Shown: positions 8,076 through 14,823 of the stretch, piece after piece | How the letters are laid out: the number at the start of each line of letters is the position of its first letter | Numbering within the stretch: position 1 is the first letter of the stretch | DNA from: Geosiphon pyriformis uo1 | Taxonomy: Eukaryota; Fungi; Glomeromycota | Length of the DNA stretch: 14,823 nt | Direction of reading: 5' to 3' | NCBI GenBank assembly: GCA_016748015.1 | Contig: JAAOMT010000248.1 | Location: 1 to 14,823 of the forward strand | Program-made: the position numbers and the translations under genes | The notes under the pieces: generated by a model | What the model was told of the DNA's origin: nothing | Databases searched by the model: none | Seen by the model: the letters and a program-made list of their open reading frames with translations, nothing else

Positions 8076-10249
8076 TGGTTTTGCTTCCAGGATGGCTTTA
8101 TTGAATAAAAGCATTTTAACTGATTCCTCAAATTCAAAAAAAAAGATAGTGATAAGTAATTTGTTTTTAGTAATAATTGCTGATAGAATGTTATTGGTAA
8201 GTAATCTGATTAGATTTCTGTTTGCTAATTTGAGTGTTTTCTGGGATAACCAGAAGACTTAAGTAGTTCTGAGAATTTGAGTTTTAAATGTATCCAATAT
8301 CCAAACTCTGTTGGCATAATCCTAATGGTTGATTTAAGGAACTAGGAATTGGTTTGTATATTACTATTGCCAATCTCCAGTTTTGTCAAGTATAAATGAT
8401 CTTCAGTCTTTGATTTCTGGTTGTCATTTGAGCTGAGTTTGGTGGTAGTATTTAAAGTTGTTATGATTAATAAATAATTTGAGGCTGCAATTAATATATT
8501 GCCAATGTTAAAGATTAATAAATTGGCAGTAAATATATTGCTTGTTGTATTATTGGTAAATAATAAGACTGATATTAGTCTTGGTTTGGCTGATAGTTTG
8601 AAGTCTAAAATTGGTAATTGGAATTTTAATATTGATTTTCTAATTGTTAATTATTTAACCAAATATGACAGTTAATTTGTAAATGTTTTTGTTTATCACA
8701 ATAGTAGCAACTAAATATCTCTTGTTGCTACTATTGATTGGTTAATAATAGATGCAATTGATTTTGGAAATAATTTGGGTTTCTTAGATTATTGTGACAT
8801 TGTGAAAATTGATAAATTGTTTGATTGTTAGCTAAGTATTTTTCTAATTTTTGATTAATAAAATTACTGAATTGTTTCAATTTGGAATTCAAGTCAGATG
8901 ATCTGTTCATTACTAGATTAATAGCTTGAACATGATTAGTTTCTAGCTTGGCCAATTCAAAATCTGTGGTGCTGTAAAATAATTTGCATCAATTGCTTGT
9001 ATTTGGTGCAGATTTCTATAAATATGTTTTAGATAAATAGTAATGGCTTTAGTTTTTTTTTGTTTGATAGTAGTAAAGACAGTTGTGAAATAATTAATGC
9101 TATTATTATTACTAAAGTATTTCAAAAATTCAATTTTAAAATTATTGAAATTTTGGGGCTTTTAGATCAAGCTTTAATACTATGAATTGATAGTATTCTG
9201 GAGAAAATATGGAATGACTTGGAAAATTTGGCATTATCTCAATTATTGGCAGTAATGGCTTTTGTGATATTATTCAACTAAACTTGGGCATTGTTTTCTT
9301 TGCTGTTGAATTTTTTTAATTTGACAATTGGTGTATATGCTATTGATAACAGTTGTTATGATAGTGGTAGTTGAAGTGATTATTGGAGCTATTGTTGTTG
9401 TTGTTGTTGTTTGGCAATTAAGACAACTGGTGGTGAATCAATCACAATTACTGAAGATAAGTTTTGAGGAATAATAGGATTGGAGTTTAGATTGTTCTGA
9501 TTTTGCTGAATTAGAATAATTGGAGTTTGTATTTCCAGATTTTCTAAGATTGAATTTTGGTAATTAAATTTCTGATTTTTATCTTCTTCTTCTCCTAAAT
9601 CAGTTTTTTCCCAAGGGCTGGTAATTCCAAAATCCAGTTGTGGTAATAGTGACTAATGTTTTAATAGTATTGTAGGTTATAAATTAAATTCCTCGAAATA
9701 CTTGTCATAGGTTCCCAATAGTTTTGTTTTTTTTAGTTTACTCTGAAATAGAATTTTAGCTATCAGTGATTTCACAGTTGATGTGAACATGCCTGCTAAT
9801 ATTATGTTAATAGTATTTCTTGGAATATAATAGTATGATAGGTGTATAAGAGAGACAACTTTTGGTTTCTTCCAAGTAGGTGATTGTATTTTTCTTAGTG
9901 TTTTTGCTAGTGTTTGTAATTTTTTTTTGCTTTTATTTACATAAATAATGAGAAATTTTTGTTAAATGTAATTTCTAATCTTTCTATTTATTTTTGTAAT
10001 TGTTAGTGCAAACAGATAGTTTGGTAAAAGTGTGATGTTTTGGAATAATTTACTGTTGAAGTTGTTGAGAACAGATTTTAGATTTTCTTGGATTTTCAAA
10101 TATGCTTTAATTTTTTTGTTGATCTAGAAATTGAAAGCTGATTCTGCTGGCCAATTGTTACTTGTCAATTCAAGATGACTTTGGTATTGCTGAAATAAAG
10201 ATTTTGTGAATCTTAAATAGTTTTCTCCTATACTTTCTTGGTCTGTCAC
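8076..10249 (-). pseudogene. Gag of element A: N-terminal extension (10249-9344), capsid-like region from 9343, CCHC zinc knuckle (8709-8668)
   Basis: IAYTPIVKLKKFNSKENNAQV*LNNI...KAITANN*; track ORFs 8943..9125 and 8731..8955; C-YY-C-DKQK-H-LQIN-C is an exact CX2CX4HX4C; poly-Q (CAA)6 at 9392-9409. Confidence 0.85.
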
Positions 10250-10294
10250 TTTTCTGGATAGTTGTTATTAATATTGGTTTTTTGCTGGATTATA

Positions 10295-10311
10295 CTTCAC
10301 AAAAAGCACCA
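10295..10311 (-). promoter_or_regulatory. Primer-binding site of element A
   Basis: Minus strand TGGTGCTTTTTGTGAAG 2 nt after the LTR end; copy B reads TGATGCTCCTTATAAGA. Restoring G/C gives TGGTGCTCCTTGTGAGG, complementary to a tRNA ending ...GGAGCACCA (Ile-UAU or elongator Met type from memory; not verified). Confidence 0.75.
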
Positions 10312-10392
10312 AATATTACAGGTGATTATTTGAAATGTCAATATAAATAACAAATTTATAACTTGGTGCTTAATAAGTAATATGATTAGTAA

Positions 10393-10440
10393 TATCTGAA
10401 AATTTGTGTATCTGAAAATTTTCATATCTGAAGATTTTTG
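10393..10440. repeat. 16-bp tandem repeat x3 inside LTR A (U5 side)
   Basis: TATCTGAAAATTTGTG / TATCTGAAAATTTTCA / TATCTGAAGATTTTTG; about two degenerate units in LTR B (~12783-12812). Confidence 0.8.
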
Positions 10441-11007
10441 GTTGAGTTTTTTGTATAATGGACAAAGATTTAATGGTTGTTTTAGTAGTTTTCCAAAATA
10501 CTTATTCTGTTAATTTCTTTTTTTACCATAGTGGCCAGTTTATTTTAGTAGTTATGCTTTTCTGGTAAGTTATTCTTAATTTTTGAGTTTTATACCCTTA
10601 TTTTTGGATCTTTTACCAGGCTATTTTTGACATCAATTAATTAATACTTAATCTTTTAAATCCGTTAGTAAATAACAAACAACAAAAAAAAGAACAAAAA
10701 ATAAAAAAATAAAAAAAAATAAAGAAAAGAAGAAATTAATATCTTGTCAATAGCTGTAATCAAGAGCTATTGTTTTTGTATAGTTAAGTGTTAATAGAGT
10801 AAAAATGATAAAGATTTTTTAATCAAGCAATAATAACATAAATTCAAGTGGTAATTGATAATTTATTAATATGTAATATGAATTTTGAACTACTTCTAAT
10901 TGTGTTTTATAACTGAAAATTTTAGCTGTGTGTTCTCTCTTTTTTGCTTCTAACATTCTTGCTATATATACATAATTGATGTTTTATAAGATCTTATATA
11001 TTTGTGA

Positions 11008-11170
11008 ACAATGTGTCATAATTTCTTAAGCAATACTTATATTGCTGAGTAATGTGCTCTAATCTATTGACATTGCTTATATTATTAAGCAATATGTCCT
11101 AATTTACTGATATTGCTTACATTGCTAAGCAATATGCTATAATTTACCAGCAATGTATTCACATGCTCAA
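11008..11170. repeat. ~40-bp tandem repeat array in LTR U3 (about 4 units)
   Basis: AATGTGTCATAATTTCTTAAGCAATACTTATATTGCTGAGT / AATGTGCTCTAATCTATTGACATTGCTTATATTATTAAGC / AATATGTCCTAATTTACTGATATTGCTTACATTGCTAAGC / AATATGCTATAATTTACCAGCAATG...; equivalents at ~2935-3030, ~13390-13545 and ~14060-14185. Confidence 0.85.
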
Positions 11171-11247
11171 TACTATTTTCTTATTGGTCTATTTTTTTTT
11201 ATCTGTTTTTCTTACTATTTCTCTTATATTTTTTTCTATAAGTAACA

Positions 11248-13624
11248 ATAGTTTAGACATAATTGGGTTTGAGTTTGGTTAATTCAAAATCTCTGATGTG
11301 TATAACTGTATTTTAAAAGATATTTGAGTGTATTAAACATACTCATTGTAACAAACTACTGTATAATCCATAAATAAACTGGTTTAAGATTTGTGTCTTA
11401 GTAAAGTAATCAGCTTGAATTGCCTGTATTTGGCACAAATTTTTGTGAAAATATTTTAAGTAAGTAGTAATTGCTTCAGTATTGCCTTGTTTAATTGTGG
11501 CAAAACTAGTTAATAACTAATTAATACTGTTATAATTGCTAAAGTATTATAAAAATACAGTTTTAAACATATTAAAAATTTGTGGCTTGTTGATGAGATT
11601 CTAATATTATGAGTTAATAATATCTTATAAGTAGTAAAAAATAGCTTAAAAGACTTTGACATTATTTCAATTATTGGCTGTAATTGTTTTGACAATATCA
11701 TTTAATCATGCTTAAGCATTGTTTTTTTTGCCAATATATTTTTTGAGTTTAGCAATAAGTGTATATGTTATTAATATTAGTTGTTGTTGTTACAATTGTT
11801 ATTAAAATCATTGTTGTGATAAGACAATTAGTGCAATTAATAGATTGATCACAATAACTGAAGATAAGTTTTGCTAAATAATAAGAACAGAGTTTAGATT
11901 ATTTAGATTTGACAAAGTTAGAACAATTAGAGTTTGTATTTTCAGATTATTTGGGATCAGGTTTTGATTATTATTTTCCTAATTGCTGTTTTTCTCCTCT
12001 AAATTAATATCTTTTTAATGACTGATAAATTTAAAATTTGATAATAATTAAAGTTTTAATGGTGTTGTTGATTATGATCTAAATTTTTTAAAGTAATCAT
12101 TATAGATTCTTAATAATTTGGCTTTTTCTTAATTATTTTGGAATAATACTTTGAGTAATAGTGTTTTCACAATTGATAGTAATGTGAATTCTGATAGTAT
12201 ATATATAGTACTTTCTAATATATAATAGTATAATGAATAAATAAGTAAAATAATTCTTGGTTTCTTCTAATTAAGTAGTTGTATTTTTTTGATATTTTTG
12301 TTAAAGTATATAAATTTTTCTTATCTGTAAAAGTAATAAAAAATCTTTGTTAGATATATTTTTCAATTTTTTTGTTTATTTCTATAATTAGTGATATAAA
12401 CAAATAATTTGGTAAAATTGTAATGCTTTAGAATAATTTGCTATAGAAATTATTGAAAGCAGCTTCTGGATTTTTTTGGTTTTCCAAATAGAATTTAATT
12501 TTTTTGTTGATATAAAAATTGAAAGCTAATTCTATTGGCCAATTGTTATTTGTTAGTCTAAGATGGGTTTAATAATGTTAAAATAAAAATTTCGCAAATT
12601 TTAAATAATTTTCTCCTATAATTTCTTGGTTTACTACTTTTCCAGATGGTTAATGTTAGTGCTGGTTTTCTGTTAGATTATATCTTATAAGGAGCATCAA
12701 ATATTATAAGTGCTTATTTGGAAGTGTTAAAACAAATAACAAATCTGTAACTTGGTACTTAATAACTAGTAATGTTGGTAATTTCTGAAAGTTTTAGAGT
12801 CTAAAAGTTTTGGTTAAGTCTTTTGTATAATGAACAAAGATTTAATTAATGGTTTTTTTTGTGATTTTTTTTTTCAACATAATAGCTGGTTTATTCTGGC
12901 AATTATGCCTTTTTGGTAAGCTATTCTAAAATTTTTACTCTTTTTTTATCAGACTATCCTTGACATCAAATATTTAGTACATAATTTTTTTAATCAATTA
13001 ATAAACAAGAAATAAAACAAGAAAAATAAAAAAAACTAAAAAACTAAAAAAAATAAAAAATTAGTATCTTATCAATATCTATAATCAAAAGCTATTAATC
13101 TAGTGTAATTAAGTATTAAATTTTATTAACATTGAGTGTTAATAGCATAGAATTAATTAATATTTCTTAATCAAGTAATAGTAATATGGATTTTAGATAA
13201 TAATTAATATTTTATTAATATGTAAGTTAATTTTACTTTAAGTTATAGAAAACTATTTTTTGAAGAAAAAAGTATTAGATAATTAATGGATTGTAACTAA
13301 TCTTGTTTGTATTAATTCTATTTTTTTTGTTTCTAATACTCTTACTATATATACATAATTTTTGTTATATAAAATCTCATATTTTTTTGAGCAATATGTC
13401 TTATTTTCTTTGACAATATGTTTATTGCTGAGCAATATGCTATGATTTTTTGACAATATGCTTATTGTTGAGTAGTATGCCATAATTTACTAACAATATG
13501 CCAATTGCTAAGCAATATGTTATAATTTTTTTAATATTGTGCTTACTTATTAAGTTTTATTCTCTTATTAATCTATTTTATTTGTTTTTTCTATTTTCTT
13601 TCTTGTACTTTTCAACAAATAACA
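11248..13624 (-). mobile_element. 5' portion of a second, more decayed Gypsy element 'B' (5' LTR, PBS, N-terminal half of gag), interrupted by element A
   Basis: 11248-12701 is colinear with ~8930-10313 of element A (IGENYLKF, NWPIELAFNFYINKKI, ITYTLIAKL, LCQIQAIQADYFTKTQILNQFIYGL...IRDFELTKLKPNYV*TI|); PBS ~12682-12698. Confidence 0.9.
12702..13624 (-). repeat. Complete 5' LTR of element B (923 bp)
   Basis: Begins TATTAT (decayed TGTTAC) next to the PBS and ends ATAACA (13619-13624); same motif order as LTR A. Confidence 0.85.
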
Positions 13625-13753
13625 GTGTATATTTCTAAAAGTGTGTCATAATTTTTTAAAAATGTGTTTACTTATTGAATACTATTCTTTGATTGGTTTA
13701 TTTTATGATCTGTTTTTTTATCTTTTTTTTGTATTTTTTTTCTATAAGTAATA
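13625..13753 (-). repeat. LTR stub 'E' (outer U3 end), interrupted by element B
   Basis: Repeats the last ~130 bp of the LTR (GTGTCATAATT...TACTATTCTTTGATTGGTTTATT...TCTATAAGTAATA), matching ~11130-11247. Confidence 0.8.
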
Positions 13754-14823
13754 ATATCAAAACAATCTATTGACTACATATTATATTTTAAAATTATCCA
13801 AAAATACTACTGTATATAAAAATAGAAACAATAATAGTTAACCAATAAAAAAAATGACCAATTCTCAATTTAAAAACCTAAAAACCAGAATTAAATACAT
13901 AATATTAAAAAAAGAAGGAATAAAATTAATTCAAAATTTTTATTTTGATAAAGCTTAATATTAAAAGAAAAAATAATGTTACTTATAGAAAAAAGGTACA
14001 AGAAAAAAATAAAAAAAACAAATCAGAAAAATAGACCAATAAAAAATTAGTACTTAATATATAACATATTTTTAAGAATATGTATATTTACAAAAAATGA
14101 GCACATTTTCAGAAAATTACAATACATTTTTAAGAAATTATAACATATTGTTTAGAAATAAGCACAGTTTTAGAAAATAACATAGAAAAAAATAGGAATG
14201 TGTAAAATCTTGTATAATAGAAATTATGTATATATAACAGTAGTATTAAAAGTAAAAAAAAATATTTAAAAAATATTCAAAAAATATTCAAAATATTCAA
14301 TTTACTTAATTCACATTTTGATAAGTTTTTATTTAGTTAACAATAAATATTTATAATATATTTCTTTCTTTAAAAGATAGTTTGTTATATTTTAAAGTAG
14401 AATTATTTAAATATTAAATAAAATTATTGTTTATCATCTAATTTATGTCATTTTTTTTATTAGATCAACATCATTATTTCTCAACTTTATTAGCAACTTA
14501 ACTATGCTAAACTAATGGTTTTTGATTATAACTATTGATAGAATACTAATTTTTTATGTTTTTTTTTGTTTTTTTTTTGTTTTTTTTTGTTTATTTTTTG
14601 TTTATTTTTTGTTTTATATTGTGTACTAATTGATTAAAAAATTAAGTACTAAAATATTGATATCAAAAATAGTCTGTAAAAGACTTATAAAACAAGAGTA
14701 AAAATTTAAAGATAGCTTATTAAAAAGACATAATTACCAGATTAAACTAGTTTTTACACTAAAAAAAAAAATTTAAAAAAACTATTATCAAGTAAATATC
14801 TGTTTATTATACAAAAAACTTAA
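13754..14823 (+). mobile_element. 3' end of an opposite-orientation Gypsy element 'D': 3' internal region, eroded PPT (~13963-13976), 3' LTR from 13977 running off the window
   Basis: TGTTACTTATAGAAAAAAGG at 13977 is the reverse complement of the other LTR ends; preceded by purine run AAAAGAAAAAATAA; TATA 14229-14236, T-tracts ~14550-14615 and TTGATATCAA 14657-14666 follow in mirrored order. Confidence 0.82.

Larger units (their letters stand above)
3104..11247 (-). mobile_element. Ty3/Gypsy LTR retrotransposon 'A' (5' LTR, PBS, gag-PR-Cys-rich-dUTPase-RT-RNaseH-INT), degenerate, lacking its own PPT/3' LTR in this window
   Basis: Minus-strand translation gives all domains in RT-RH-INT (Gypsy) order; LTR and PBS at the right end; many stops and frameshifts. 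Confidence 0.95.
10314..11247 (-). repeat. Complete 5' LTR of element A (934 bp)
   Basis: Termini TATTAC (decayed TGTTAC) at 10314 and GTAACA at 11242-11247; colinear with 2570-3103, 12702-13624 and (inverted) 13977-14823; TATA-like box 10963-10970. Confidence 0.92.

Noticed and set aside
7759-8262. Hydrophobic plus-strand ORFs 7759..7965 and 8068..8262 resembling membrane peptides
   Set aside because: Antisense shadows of the protease/Gag region; hydrophobicity follows from the T-rich strand.
10250-10275. Branch point plus CAG splice acceptor just after the PBS
   Set aside because: A reads TCCAGA and B reads TCTGGA, which restores to CCGG, so the AG is probably a deamination product.
11008-11170. 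Regularly spaced repeats as a CRISPR array
   Set aside because: Units are contiguous with no unique spacers, sit inside LTRs, and there are no cas genes; the context is eukaryotic.
2570-11247. A as an intact LTR-to-LTR element bounded by LTR C and LTR A
   Set aside because: No PPT or 3' UTR; LTR C interrupts the integrase end and differs from LTR A in its middle and repeat number.
11510-11701. Track ORF 11510..11701 (-)
   Set aside because: Wrong frame of gag B; the real frame (NDIVKTITANN*...) contains stops.
13283-13483. Track ORF 13283..13483 (-)
   Set aside because: Lies within the LTR B repeat array/TATA region; no recognisable protein motif.

Overview
Very AT-rich, strongly CpG-depleted eukaryotic repeat DNA with no intact host gene. 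From memory, the Gypsy Gag/Pol wording resembles the expanded family of Glomeromycotina fungi such as Geosiphon; I could not verify this by search. The window is a stack of dead transposons. Left to right: a decayed unknown ORF (1-490, -); a pogo/Tigger-type DNA transposon (transposase pseudogene 870-2428, right TIR ending 2569 + TA); a partial LTR 'C' (2570-3103); a nearly complete minus-strand Ty3/Gypsy element 'A' (3104-11247; Gag with a ~300-codon N-terminal extension and CCHC knuckle, protease, an unexplained Cys-rich region, dUTPase, RT, RNase H, integrase, PBS, 934-bp 5' LTR); the 5' half of a related element 'B' (11248-13624); an LTR stub 'E' (13625-13753); and the 3' end of an opposite-strand element 'D' (13754-14823). 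Each junction falls exactly on a transposon terminus, implying serial nesting. All coding regions are destroyed mainly by C>T/G>A transitions. Most interesting: the PR-[Cys-rich]-dUTPase-RT polyprotein layout, a U5 sequence that pairs with the PBS, an AUG-less Gag extension, conserved LTR motifs recoverable by comparing copies, and a RIP-like mutation pattern.
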